64,000 bases of DNA from a virus. The stretch covers positions 32,001 through 96,000 of IMG/VR virus record IMGVR_UViG_3300032213_001531; one strand, 5' to 3'. The translations under genes were made by a program, and so were the position numbers. Below are positions 9,462 through 19,777 of the stretch, piece by piece (the stretch's first letter is position 1; every line of letters starts with the position of its first letter). A model generated the notes under the pieces. The model was not told where the DNA came from. It searched no databases and saw nothing but the letters and a program-made list of their open reading frames with translations.

Positions 9462-10685
9462 TTAGTTTTTATCTTCAAAATCCTTATATCTGTAGTATCC
9501 CTTGTCAAAATCAACTTGAACAAGGAAGTCTCCCATAAAACCATTACGGTTTTTTCTAAAAGCACACTCGATGATATCGCTGTTAGTTGCACGACCTAAA
9601 GCAATAACCCAGTCAGCATCGTAGGCAATCTGTCTTGACCAAGCAGTCTGTCCCAATGTAGGAACTCCACTAAGATCATTAACATCATCTGGTGTTGCAG
9701 ATGAGATAGCAATAATAGGAACCTCTTCGCCAATAGCCATTAGCTTTAGTTCTCGTGATAGGTTTTTCATTCGTACCGTTTCATTATCTGACTTCTGATT
9801 AGGAGCCATTAGTTGAAGGTAGTCAACAATAACAAAGTCTGGTTTGTATTGATCAATCTTTCCACGAAGAACTGAAGGATTTATTTCTCCACCTTGATCA
9901 TTAGAAATAATATGGAACTCTGGCTTGCCTTGTAAATGTTTGGCATGCCACATCTTTAACATGTCCATTTCAACTTCACCGTTGCTAAGTTTTCTATGAG
10001 ACCAAAGACCCTCACCCATAATTGTAAATACACGGTTACGGACTTCTGTTTCAGACATCTCAAGTGATATTACAAGGGGTGTCTTACCCTGTTTCCAAGC
10101 CTGTACAGCAAAGTATAGAGCCATCCATGACTTTCCTATACCTGGGTATGCTAAGAAGACTCCTAGCTGCCCTGGCATAATTCCAGAAGGAAGGTAGTTA
10201 TCAAATCCTGGCAAGTTAGTCTTAATCCCAACGTGGCCTGCTGCTTGTTGAGCTTTCAAGTTTTCAAAGTATGCAACTGCTGACTCAAGATCAGTTACAT
10301 CAATATCACGAATTGCTGATGTGTTTTTCTTTAACTCAGATGTTTTAGTAATTAGTTGGTCAAGTGCTTCACCACCATTACCTGTTTGAATTTCTGAGGC
10401 TGCTGTGCGAATGATATCTTTTAGGCTATCAGTTAGATACTCTGACTGCAATTCTTCAAGGTGATGCTTAGTAGCACCAATGCCAGAGATAGGTTGAAAA
10501 TCTCTAAACTTTTCTACAACTAACTCTACTGGTGGAACAGAACTGTTATGCTCAAAATAATTTCTAATGAAATTCCAAACATCATTATGGGTTCTAAGCA
10601 GGTTATCAACATTTGCCTGTAAGAGAACGTGCACCTGCTTATCGCTTAAAACTGCAGAGATTAGTTTTGCTTCTGTATTATTCAC
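9462..10685 (-). CDS. DnaB-like replicative helicase (SF4)
   Basis: AYPGIGKS, SLEM, VDYLQL, DAD, KNRNG; GTG start. Confidence 0.93.
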   Translation of the reverse strand: MNNTEAKLISAVLSDKQVHVLLQANVDNLLRTHNDVWNFIRNYFEHNSSVPPVELVVEKFRDFQPISGIGATKHHLEELQSEYLTDSLKDIIRTAASEIQTGNGGEALDQLITKTSELKKNTSAIRDIDVTDLESAVAYFENLKAQQAAGHVGIKTNLPGFDNYLPSGIMPGQLGVFLAYPGIGKSWMALYFAVQAWKQGKTPLVISLEMSETEVRNRVFTIMGEGLWSHRKLSNGEVEMDMLKMWHAKHLQGKPEFHIISNDQGGEINPSVLRGKIDQYKPDFVIVDYLQLMAPNQKSDNETVRMKNLSRELKLMAIGEEVPIIAISSATPDDVNDLSGVPTLGQTAWSRQIAYDADWVIALGRATNSDIIECAFRKNRNGFMGDFLVQVDFDKGYYRYKDFEDKN

Positions 10686-10986
10686 TTAGCCACTCCCTTG
10701 CCATTCGTCTGCGCTCTGCTCTCTCTTTGTCATCTCGACCTTTATCTTTTTGTGCCTGTAAAATTTTTTCTGCGTTGTACGCAAAATAATTCCATGAAGG
10801 ATTTTCTGCAACCTTAAAATAGTACTCAAGTATATCGTAGCACCCAGAAACTCCGTATGACTCTACAAGAGCATCTGCTGCCCATTGCTCTACGTTTAAG
10901 TTTAGTGATGGCTTTTGCTCATACCTTGCAGTATGGTATTTACTGTAGCGTGAAAGCAAAGCCATTCGGTCTTTGCGCTCTGCCAC
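10678..10986 (-). CDS. Hypothetical protein (possible helicase loader)
   Basis: Overlaps helicase start; function guessed from position only. Confidence 0.65.
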   Translation of the reverse strand: MAERKDRMALLSRYSKYHTARYEQKPSLNLNVEQWAADALVESYGVSGCYDILEYYFKVAENPSWNYFAYNAEKILQAQKDKGRDDKERAERRRMAREWLSE

Positions 10987-11192
10987 TATTCGTTAATTTC
11001 AGCTTTTGCTTCGTTAATTTTTTCAGCAAGCTTGTCTTCAACAAATTTATAGACACGCTCAAAAGCTTGATCTGGCGTTTCTCCGTTACGTCTTGAATCA
11101 ATAATGCCAAGATCAAGTCTTAGTGATTGAAAATTTCCAAGGTTAAGCGTATATCCTAATGTAACAGATACTTTTGTGTCTTCGTTTTCCAT
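10986..11192 (-). CDS. Hypothetical protein
   Basis: MENEDTKVSVTLGYTLNLGNFQSLRLD; likely start 11192. Confidence 0.75.
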   Translation of the reverse strand: MENEDTKVSVTLGYTLNLGNFQSLRLDLGIIDSRRNGETPDQAFERVYKFVEDKLAEKINEAKAEINE

Positions 11193-11205
11193 TTTATACC
11201 CTTCG

Positions 11206-11748
11206 TTAAATAGACTCATTCCAAATTGGAATAAACCTTCCATCATCAGTTCTCGTATATGTAAGTATACCTTCTCCCATACGCCTTGTCAACTCTTGCT
11301 TGGTGGGAGTAATATCATTTGTTATTAAATTATCTTTTCTTGGTCTTCCAATATGGTTCATTGCAAGTATATCACGTATCTCTTTTACTTGCGATTCTGA
11401 GTAATATGATCTGACTTGCCATCCTCTTGCCCCGCCTTTTTGTGAGCCAGTTGGAAAGGGAATCAATCCTTTTTTCATTAATCTTGGCATATATTTTTTA
11501 TGACGATTAACTAAATCAGCAGTCTCCCCAACGGTGTATGCCTTCTCTCTTTTCTTTTTAAACTCACTAATTAAACAACTTTCAATCTGATCTTTTGTAA
11601 TATTATAAACAGACATAATACCATTAGACTTATTAAAGTGATGTACTCTTACTAAATCCCCATTTAAAAACCAAACTTTTTTATTGCCAGGGATTATAGG
11701 GAGGAGATTGTAGCCTTCGCTCTCTGTTGTTCCTTTTTTAGTAGCCAT
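11206..11748 (-). CDS. Helix-turn-helix DNA-binding protein (MerR/Xis-like)
   Basis: YTVGETADLVNRH...GLIP...RSYYSE. Confidence 0.65.
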   Translation of the reverse strand: MATKKGTTESEGYNLLPIIPGNKKVWFLNGDLVRVHHFNKSNGIMSVYNITKDQIESCLISEFKKKREKAYTVGETADLVNRHKKYMPRLMKKGLIPFPTGSQKGGARGWQVRSYYSESQVKEIRDILAMNHIGRPRKDNLITNDITPTKQELTRRMGEGILTYTRTDDGRFIPIWNESI

Positions 11749-11885
11749 AAACCCTCTGATGTTTTTTCTGGAGGCGTAAAGAATACTCTGTTACCACAAA
11801 GCAGGCAATAGGTTTCAAGGTGTGTTGGAGTGCTGTAAATTCTATCAACTAGCATCCTGCCTTTGCATTTTTTGCATTTTAACAT
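11694..11885 (-). CDS. Small zinc-ribbon protein
   Basis: CKKCKGRM...YCLLCG. Confidence 0.7.
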   Translation of the reverse strand: MLKCKKCKGRMLVDRIYSTPTHLETYCLLCGNRVFFTPPEKTSEGLWLLKKEQQRAKATISSL

Positions 11886-12328
11886 TAATTAGTAATGCCA
11901 ATGATAATAAGGTTTACTCCAACAATAACATTACCAGTAGAGTCAAATTTTACAATACCATCAACTTTTGAGGTAGAAGCTGGATAGAGAATAACAGAAG
12001 TATCTTTTCCAGCTACTGTATTTCCTTTATTAACCACCGTAGCAGTTACAATTGGTGGATACTTAAATTCTGCTTGTGAAAATCCATAAGTAAATGGAAT
12101 ACCTTCTCCGCCCGTTACTGTTCCAGGCTTAATCTCTACATACCCGCCAATAAAACGTGAATTTTTCCCCATTGCTGTTTGAGTGCCAGACTGAGAAGTA
12201 TCTATTGTTACATACTTAGACTGATTTGGACTAACTAAACTTTGAAGATCATTTACAGCACTTGCCATTTCAGAAATATAGGAAACATCCAGAGGTTGGC
12301 CAGCTTGAGGGATTTGTATTTTTGCCAT
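11885..12328 (-). CDS. Minor tail/tail-tip protein
   Basis: End of tail module; P..GQPLD N-terminus and F..PPIVTAT beta-rich C-terminus. Confidence 0.6.
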   Translation of the reverse strand: MAKIQIPQAGQPLDVSYISEMASAVNDLQSLVSPNQSKYVTIDTSQSGTQTAMGKNSRFIGGYVEIKPGTVTGGEGIPFTYGFSQAEFKYPPIVTATVVNKGNTVAGKDTSVILYPASTSKVDGIVKFDSTGNVIVGVNLIIIGITN

Positions 12329-12338
12329 AGTAATTCTA

Positions 12339-12761
12339 TTATACCAGAGACTGGCTTCCTGAATTATAGATTTTTAGCGCATCGTTTACAGTTCGATTGA
12401 TTCCCTCTACTTGAATTTGAACCTCAACTGAAACTGTTCCTGTTTTTAAAAATGAATAGGAGTTAACAGATGAAGTTGCTCTCCAGGTAAGTGGTTGCCC
12501 ATCAAATCCAACAAAAATATCGTAAGCTGTTGTGTTGGTTGGTGTTGCCCAAACTACGGTTACAGCATTTTCAAGTACCTGCACAGCTCCTGCTATTTGT
12601 GTAATCTCAGTTGCAGGAATAGCATAAGTTGGTGACCAATGAGATGTTCGGTTTTTATCTTCTGAAATTATCCTATACCTTAGAATATACTCATTAGAGT
12701 TTCCTACTTTTCCTAAATCTTTTTTATATATTGTTGTTTTTTTAATTCCTAAGTCAGCCAT
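12339..12761 (-). CDS. Minor tail protein
   Basis: Position; FN3-like RYRIISEDKNRTSHWS. Confidence 0.55.
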   Translation of the reverse strand: MADLGIKKTTIYKKDLGKVGNSNEYILRYRIISEDKNRTSHWSPTYAIPATEITQIAGAVQVLENAVTVVWATPTNTTAYDIFVGFDGQPLTWRATSSVNSYSFLKTGTVSVEVQIQVEGINRTVNDALKIYNSGSQSLV

Positions 12762-13972
12762 TATAAAACATCAACTCCAAACCTAAATTCAATATAATTT
12801 TTTGTATTTGATAGTTTTGTTATTGTTTCAGCGCTTTCTGTTTTAACAACTGTGTATCCAGTTAATCCATAAACAGAATTTGACGAACTTACATTTTCTA
12901 GGCGTAGTGCATCAAGTGCTACATAGTAATCTGAAGAGCCAACAAGAACTGGCGCTGAAATATTTTCAACTACTGTAACATAAACTTTTACAACGTTTAC
13001 AGAAGTCCAAGTAAAAGAAGTACTTTTTTCTAATTGTTGTAATTGTTTACTTGAAACAAAATATCTGTTTGTTGAAAAATCATAATCTGCATCAGATAAA
13101 ACTGTTGAGAATTTAGCCCAAACACCAGTATCGGAAATATCTGTTGAAGCAAATTCAAATAAAACTCTAACCTGATCTGGAGTTCCATTTCCGCTAACGT
13201 TAATTAAAGAAAATGCAAGGCGTAATTCATCTAGTGCTGAGTTTTGATCAAAATTTAAACTAACTCCAGTTAAGTGAATATGATTAGAGTCTACTGATGG
13301 ATTTAAATTTCCATCAACATCTAGCTCAAGCTTTGCAGTATCACCACGCATCATAATCATATTATTTAAAAATCTAGAATTCTCATATCTTTCAGATCTG
13401 TTTGCAGTACTAAAAATTCTGTTATCGGAATTAGTTTGAAAAACTGGGGTTTCAGTTAACACACCATCAATAGAATATTCTCCAGTAATAATGTTGTCAT
13501 TATTTGAATCTAATGGTTGTGGAATAAAAGGAATTTCTATTGCAAGTGCTGGACTTACAGTATGATATTCCCATAGCTCTGTATCTCTAAATGAATTAAT
13601 AACTTTACTATCTCTTGCTCCAGCTGCTGGATTTGATCCTGCAGAATAAATCCCAATTTCTGAAATATCATATCTTTCTTCTGTTGGAAGCTCTGCTGTT
13701 AATACAATCTTAGAAACTTGTACAATTTGACCTTCTACCAAAACATCTTCTACGGCATAGCCACGAGAAGAAATTGGAACACGAAACATTTCAAAATCTA
13801 AAGATTCTTTATTTTGCATAGCTGCTACTTCTTCAGCATTGGCTGGATCGTTAAAATCGTAGGTGCTATCTAATGGTTTTGGGCCACAGCCAACAGCAAT
13901 ATAAGAAGCATAGGCGGGAGCCTGCCCAACCAAATACTTTGCTAAAATGCCTTTGCCTTTATTAGTTATCAT
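12761..13972 (-). CDS. Minor tail/baseplate protein
   Basis: MITNKG...YIAVG...ISEIGIY pattern typical of tail-tip proteins. Confidence 0.65.
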   Translation of the reverse strand: MITNKGKGILAKYLVGQAPAYASYIAVGCGPKPLDSTYDFNDPANAEEVAAMQNKESLDFEMFRVPISSRGYAVEDVLVEGQIVQVSKIVLTAELPTEERYDISEIGIYSAGSNPAAGARDSKVINSFRDTELWEYHTVSPALAIEIPFIPQPLDSNNDNIITGEYSIDGVLTETPVFQTNSDNRIFSTANRSERYENSRFLNNMIMMRGDTAKLELDVDGNLNPSVDSNHIHLTGVSLNFDQNSALDELRLAFSLINVSGNGTPDQVRVLFEFASTDISDTGVWAKFSTVLSDADYDFSTNRYFVSSKQLQQLEKSTSFTWTSVNVVKVYVTVVENISAPVLVGSSDYYVALDALRLENVSSSNSVYGLTGYTVVKTESAETITKLSNTKNYIEFRFGVDVL

Positions 13973-13974
13973 AA

Positions 13975-14502
13975 TTACACCGCCTCATATATTGTATCAC
14001 TTAATACTATTCCAGAACTTAAAATTTGAACTTCAACCTGCTCATCTTGTTGCAAGTTTATGACATTAATAATTATATTGCCAGTTTCAGGTTCAAGATA
14101 AACAATTTTGCAGTTAGGAACCTGCTCTATGTTTGGGGCTGTTCCAATTAGTGTATAGCCAGTTCCACAATCTGGAACCTTGTTCTCAAAAGATATTGGA
14201 AAGTTTTTAAAATAGGCTAAATCCGCATCCTGCAACGCAAGGATGTTTTGAGGATTATACTGAAAGTTAATAGCAGCTAAATTTTTAATTGCTTGATATA
14301 CAACATCTTGCCCATTGACTAAGTCGTGTCTGGCAATATTAATCATCTCTTGCCCACCTATGTCTTCAAAGGTAAGGTAGAATTGTATTTCTTGTGGTGG
14401 TAGAGAATCTTCTAGAATAATTAACTCTGGGATTGCCACCTTTACCGCCACAGAAGGCTTAGAAGGGGTATTAGACGCTAGATTAGCCGTTGCTTCAGTC
14501 AT
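13975..14502 (-). CDS. Putative minor tail protein
   Basis: Coupled to neighbours in the tail operon. Confidence 0.55.
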   Translation of the reverse strand: MTEATANLASNTPSKPSVAVKVAIPELIILEDSLPPQEIQFYLTFEDIGGQEMINIARHDLVNGQDVVYQAIKNLAAINFQYNPQNILALQDADLAYFKNFPISFENKVPDCGTGYTLIGTAPNIEQVPNCKIVYLEPETGNIIINVINLQQDEQVEVQILSSGIVLSDTIYEAV

Positions 14503-17500
14503 TATGCCACCTCACTTAAAAACACTGTCATATCAGGACCATCTGGGCTTTTGCTGTATTGAATATTGTATACTACGTATCGCTTAGATATGTCTCCTAG
14601 TTTATTTATAGATTTTTCATTATAGTCTATATTAACAATATCTCCTAATTGTAATGTTGGGTTAGCAAAAAGCTTTATACCTACAGACTTTCTAGGCTTC
14701 ATAATTTTTGAAATAATCCACTTCATTAATGAATTTGCAGAATCTTGTGTTTGAATGTATTCTGCCTCAAGAGAAAAATCTTTTTTCCCATATGTCATCC
14801 TACTCATTTTGATATCTTCATAGTCTTTTGTTAGCTTTAAGGGTGATGAGACAACACTGTCTCCATTAAACTCAAGGCCAGAAAAGCTACTATTCTTAGA
14901 AAAATACTGATCAACAGTCAAGGTATTTTTTGTTTCTTGTGTGAATGTAACTCCCTGAATCTTTAGATAGTTTCCAGAAGTTTCATCTAAAAATAATATA
15001 GAGTCCGTTGTATTAAAGATTAAAAACTCTGCACCGTATGCCCCTGCTCTAAAACCAGAAACAGTATATCCCCTAAGTCTATTAAAGGTTGGAGATAATT
15101 TAGCAAAAAGTGCTGGGAACGCTTTATCATATTTAATATTAAAAGATGCAACCTCTCTCATAATTGTTCCAAACTCATCAAAGAATATATTATAGCGTAA
15201 AGGGTCTGAAGAACTGATGCCAGACAAATAGCTATTTTGAACTATTCCACTAATCGCATATTTTCTAAATGATTCACTTGCATTAATCTCTTTATTTGCA
15301 AATGCAGAGCTTACTGGGGTGTCTAAAGCAAAGCCAGAATTTTGGCTATAGTTTTGTGTTAGCGCATAAACATGCTCAAACATGACTCTTGAAGATCCAC
15401 GAACAAACATTGCCATATTATTATACTCTGGCAAAGGGTCATTATCAACTATTCTGGCTACAATATTTTCATTAATAAACAGATAGAAAACTTTCTTAGA
15501 TCCTAAATTTTCATACTCAACAGATAGATCATAGACAGTTGTTGGGGAGTCCCCAATAAGTCTACCTTGACCAGTAAACAAGCCGTCATCTACGGTAACA
15601 CCAAGGAGTCCTTGCCATAGTGTTTCTGGAATAGCTTCGCCAGTTACTGAATCCTTTTTAATTTTATAAAAGATAACATCATTAAGATTTGCATCTAAGT
15701 TTTTACTACGACTGTTTGTACCAAGTGCAATCAACTCAAAGTAGTATCCATTGTTTGTTGTTGGATTTAGCAATACTCCAAGCCCACCAGATCCACCAGA
15801 AATGTTGATTGGTTCATTAGGCGTTGTTCCATCAACAGTATAATTGATTGTACTTCCAACGGCAGTCTGAACAACATTAGTATCATTTTCAATTCTTCCA
15901 ACAATTCTCATTCTTGTTCCAAAGTGTTTAAATTTATTGTCTAATGGCCTATGAACATATGAAATAAAATCTAAAGGTTTTTCTGTTGTATTAAAAGATG
16001 GGCCATTCATCACTAATGCAGAAGACTGAACTGTTCCTCTTATCGGAGTAGTCTTCTTATTATTTTCTGATTCTGCAGTTTTAAATGAAGAAGCATAATT
16101 TTTTATTATTCCATTTCTTGTTGTTTTAACTGCTAAAGCATTGTTAACTCCTGCTGCGCCTATTCCTGTAGTTGGTAATTTTTGTAACTCTAAGTCTGCA
16201 TTAACCAAAGCCGTTTGTGGAGGTAGAGTTATTTTAAATTTAGTTTCGTCAACAATTTCTGTAACTTTATTAACTACAGATAAGTCTAAAAGCCCAGTAG
16301 ACAAAGCTGAAGTAAGGTTTACCCTTTGCCCCACCTTAACTAATGTTGTGCTACTTGCAGTAATAACATTTCCAACTGAGGTAACTCCAGTAAGGGTAAC
16401 AACATCCTGATTTCCAAATAAATATTCAGAACGCATTGTGCAGCCCTTAACATTTTTATTATCTGACCAGTATGGATTTAATCCTGCAGTATGTGCTGTT
16501 GCAAAAGTTCCAAACTGTCTTCTTCCATGTTTAGCCACTGGACCATTTTTTAGTTTTGTTACACCATTTACTTCTTCATAATTTGGTTCAGAATAGATTC
16601 TCAACCTGCCAGTTTTATACATTTTTCCATTAAATGGTAGTTGTGAAAAATATCTTTGATACTCTTCAGTGTTTTGAACCCAAACATTTCCAAGACTGTT
16701 TAGTGATACGCTAATGGTATAAAGGTCTTGTCCATTTGCTGTCACTGTTTCAAGTAGTCGTTCTGCTCCAGGTATGTTATATTCAACAGCATCGTACTTA
16801 ATGATTTCTCCGTTAGCGTATAGGTATCCATTATTTCTTGACAATAAGCTAATGCCCTCGCCTAAATCAATTATATTATTTACAACCTGATTGTTTACAA
16901 CATAGGGGATAGAGTTAGCAAGATCAGAGTTTAGTGGAATTGCCGATAACGCATAAGATGATTGAGTTCCTGCTGTCTCATTTTGAGCCTGAGTATTTTC
17001 GCTTGCTCCAACCTCCCACAAAAGTGCTGGCTTGTATCTCCAAGTTTTTGCATTATCTTCACCCTGACTAGTTTGATCTATAGAAGACAAAGTTCTTTGA
17101 ATATATCTAGAAGTATAATTAATTAAACCATCATTATAAACATTGCTGTCTTGTGAAGATATTTCAATAATGTTAGCAATCTTATCTTTATTAGTTTTAT
17201 TTTTTATTGCACCATCCTTAACCTGATCTGAAGACCCATAAAGAGTCATACTTGTTTCTCTTTGTGTTGCGGTTGGCATCATGTACTCTTTACTCATTAA
17301 AATAAAATTATTGTATTCATCAAAAAACATTGCGGTTTGTGTAGAGATAGCCAATTGCTGCAAGACTTCTGCAACACTGATGTCTGGTTGTACAAAGAAA
17401 TAAGGGATTATAGACTCTGATTCTCCAGAAATTCTTTTAAAGGTATAGTTTGAAACACCTATAGCATCCATTAAAATAGAAACTGCTGAAGAAAAAGATA

Positions 17501-19082
17501 TATCTTTAAGTAAAAGTTCTGGGGCTTTAATTGATTCTAAATAAAAATATAAATCTCTAAGCTCTAGACTAACTGTTTTGCTGGAGTTGTTGCTAACTAA
17601 AAAGCCATCAGAGTATAAAGTTTTTAGTGGTACGAAGTAGTCCCACCCATTAACCTCTTCAATAACTTCATAGAATTTAACCTGAATATACCTTGAGTTA
17701 TATTTACTAATAATGCTTGTAGAATTGTTTTCATTAAAAGCATCATCATAATCAAAGAATTCAACTGAGCCATTAGACGCCAAGAGTTGTCCAACTGGCA
17801 AACCACTAGACCCTAAATCTGAAGCAATCTTGTTTACCGAGTAGTTCAAAGTTTTTTCTGTAAGGTCCACAGATAGTCTAGGAGATAACTCAATTAGATC
17901 AAAGGTTGATTGATTTGTATTCATTGATTCAACTACAACTCTTAAACCTTTAACATACTCAAACTCTCTGTATCTTGTTAGGCTGTCTGTTGGATTTAAA
18001 AATGATAGTGGGCTTGTTACGTCAGTTACAAAATTTGTTAGTCTTGTAACAGTCTCTTCGTGAATTTGCCAAGCATATTCTGGAGTAAACGTATCATATC
18101 TTAAGTTAGGTTGATTCCAAATATAAAATGTTCCAATGTCTGTTTCATTTGCTGTAATTAAATAAGCATAACCATTAACAGACTTTGCAGGTAAAAGATT
18201 AGCAGAAGAATACTTTTCAGCAAATACAAAAATATCTTTATATTGATTTGGAACCTTAAGTCCATACTCAATTTCTAAATATCCATCTGATTTAATGATT
18301 GGAGATCCATCTGATCTTAAATCTTGTGGCTTAAAAGATATAGCATCTACCCAGCTATTGTTTTTTAAATACTGAATTTTCCATTTTTTTGGAGTGGTTT
18401 TATTTACATCTCCGTAGTATGGGTCAGCAAATGAGCTACCTCTGTTTGTAAATGGGCCAAGATTTATGTCTCCAACATTTGTTTGCATTTTTACAACAAT
18501 TCTGTTTGTCGGAACAGCATCCTTATAAACTATAAAAGGAACACTGTCTGAAATTTTATACTCGTTATTGTGTAAACTAGAAACGCCATAAGAGTAACCA
18601 TTTTCAGTTCTATAAGAAGTCCAGTATTTAAATGCATCTGTTTTATCTGGCATGTAATATCTTGGGCGTTGAGCCATAAATATATTTGGATTATGTATAA
18701 AAAATTTACCAGGGAAGAAAGATGATTTATTTATTCCAGATCTTGGTCTAAATGGTTTAAAGCAATCCTCTAATGAATATAAAAATTTATTTTTTTCTTT
18801 TGTTTGGACTAGGGTAAACGGAGTTTCTGTCTCGTCAACTCCTCCATCAATCAAGATATCTGCATCGGTTGCTCCAGTATAAAAATTTCCAGAATCTCCT
18901 GCATCAAATGTGTTTGGCAACGTTGAATAAGTTGTTCCAGTTTCTGCAGGTCTATATCTGTAATTACCAATAAGGCTAATGTTACTAGCAATATTCATAT
19001 TCCACTCACCAATAATCGATGATCTGCTTTTAATAACAGATGATGTTTCTAGGTGGTTTTTTAATTCATCACTCTTAAACAT
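14502..19082 (-). CDS. Large minor tail / baseplate hub protein
   Basis: Second gene after the tape measure; C-terminal NPTLQLGDIV motif; likely start 19082 (TAATG overlap). Confidence 0.75.
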   Translation of the reverse strand: MFKSDELKNHLETSSVIKSRSSIIGEWNMNIASNISLIGNYRYRPAETGTTYSTLPNTFDAGDSGNFYTGATDADILIDGGVDETETPFTLVQTKEKNKFLYSLEDCFKPFRPRSGINKSSFFPGKFFIHNPNIFMAQRPRYYMPDKTDAFKYWTSYRTENGYSYGVSSLHNNEYKISDSVPFIVYKDAVPTNRIVVKMQTNVGDINLGPFTNRGSSFADPYYGDVNKTTPKKWKIQYLKNNSWVDAISFKPQDLRSDGSPIIKSDGYLEIEYGLKVPNQYKDIFVFAEKYSSANLLPAKSVNGYAYLITANETDIGTFYIWNQPNLRYDTFTPEYAWQIHEETVTRLTNFVTDVTSPLSFLNPTDSLTRYREFEYVKGLRVVVESMNTNQSTFDLIELSPRLSVDLTEKTLNYSVNKIASDLGSSGLPVGQLLASNGSVEFFDYDDAFNENNSTSIISKYNSRYIQVKFYEVIEEVNGWDYFVPLKTLYSDGFLVSNNSSKTVSLELRDLYFYLESIKAPELLLKDISFSSAVSILMDAIGVSNYTFKRISGESESIIPYFFVQPDISVAEVLQQLAISTQTAMFFDEYNNFILMSKEYMMPTATQRETSMTLYGSSDQVKDGAIKNKTNKDKIANIIEISSQDSNVYNDGLINYTSRYIQRTLSSIDQTSQGEDNAKTWRYKPALLWEVGASENTQAQNETAGTQSSYALSAIPLNSDLANSIPYVVNNQVVNNIIDLGEGISLLSRNNGYLYANGEIIKYDAVEYNIPGAERLLETVTANGQDLYTISVSLNSLGNVWVQNTEEYQRYFSQLPFNGKMYKTGRLRIYSEPNYEEVNGVTKLKNGPVAKHGRRQFGTFATAHTAGLNPYWSDNKNVKGCTMRSEYLFGNQDVVTLTGVTSVGNVITASSTTLVKVGQRVNLTSALSTGLLDLSVVNKVTEIVDETKFKITLPPQTALVNADLELQKLPTTGIGAAGVNNALAVKTTRNGIIKNYASSFKTAESENNKKTTPIRGTVQSSALVMNGPSFNTTEKPLDFISYVHRPLDNKFKHFGTRMRIVGRIENDTNVVQTAVGSTINYTVDGTTPNEPINISGGSGGLGVLLNPTTNNGYYFELIALGTNSRSKNLDANLNDVIFYKIKKDSVTGEAIPETLWQGLLGVTVDDGLFTGQGRLIGDSPTTVYDLSVEYENLGSKKVFYLFINENIVARIVDNDPLPEYNNMAMFVRGSSRVMFEHVYALTQNYSQNSGFALDTPVSSAFANKEINASESFRKYAISGIVQNSYLSGISSSDPLRYNIFFDEFGTIMREVASFNIKYDKAFPALFAKLSPTFNRLRGYTVSGFRAGAYGAEFLIFNTTDSILFLDETSGNYLKIQGVTFTQETKNTLTVDQYFSKNSSFSGLEFNGDSVVSSPLKLTKDYEDIKMSRMTYGKKDFSLEAEYIQTQDSANSLMKWIISKIMKPRKSVGIKLFANPTLQLGDIVNIDYNEKSINKLGDISKRYVVYNIQYSKSPDGPDMTVFLSEVA

Positions 19083-19777
19083 TACACTTCTTCCAATGTA
19101 CAAGAAACATTCCAGAAGTCATAGTTACTTCCACCACGCTTAACGACAGTATAACTAAAATCTGAAATAAACATTTCTATTAATTCATTATATTGTCCAA
19201 GGTGTGCGTAAGCTAAATTGTCTTTACCAAAATTAGAATACTTATCATAAGCAAGGTATACCCAAAAAGAACCTTTATGGCTATCATACCAATCTACAAG
19301 ATCTACTCCCCCTGCTCCACCATCAGTGGTGTATTCTTGATTTTGTATTGTAACATTTGGAAGTTGTGAGAATGACGCATCTGTTCCTGGCTCTCTTAAA
19401 CCTTCATCAATTAAAGATGTTTTTCCAGATGAGTTAAATGATGGATTTAAACCATGAGATCTAGATGGAAGCATGTTCCAAGATGTACCAATAGTTAGTT
19501 TGTCAGCAATATGATATGAGCGCATACGACCATTAATCATTCTTTCACGCTTTTCAATTCTGTTGTTATTAAAATTAATCTCTCCTCTATTATCATCAGA
19601 TAATATTAAGAATTGATCTAGCAAAGATTGATCTGATATACCAGTAGTATCAGCTTTTACTTCATAGCCGTTGGGAACATAAAGACCATTAGTAAGGGTT
19701 CCTGAGTTATTAGCCCAAAGCATTGCTTGTGGTCTAGCATACTTTCTTCTACCATTGATATATGTTTCTGTTGCCAT
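19082..19777 (-). CDS. Distal tail (Dit-like) protein
   Basis: Directly follows the tape measure; ends WNVSCTLEEV. Confidence 0.65.
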   Translation of the reverse strand: MATETYINGRRKYARPQAMLWANNSGTLTNGLYVPNGYEVKADTTGISDQSLLDQFLILSDDNRGEINFNNNRIEKRERMINGRMRSYHIADKLTIGTSWNMLPSRSHGLNPSFNSSGKTSLIDEGLREPGTDASFSQLPNVTIQNQEYTTDGGAGGVDLVDWYDSHKGSFWVYLAYDKYSNFGKDNLAYAHLGQYNELIEMFISDFSYTVVKRGGSNYDFWNVSCTLEEV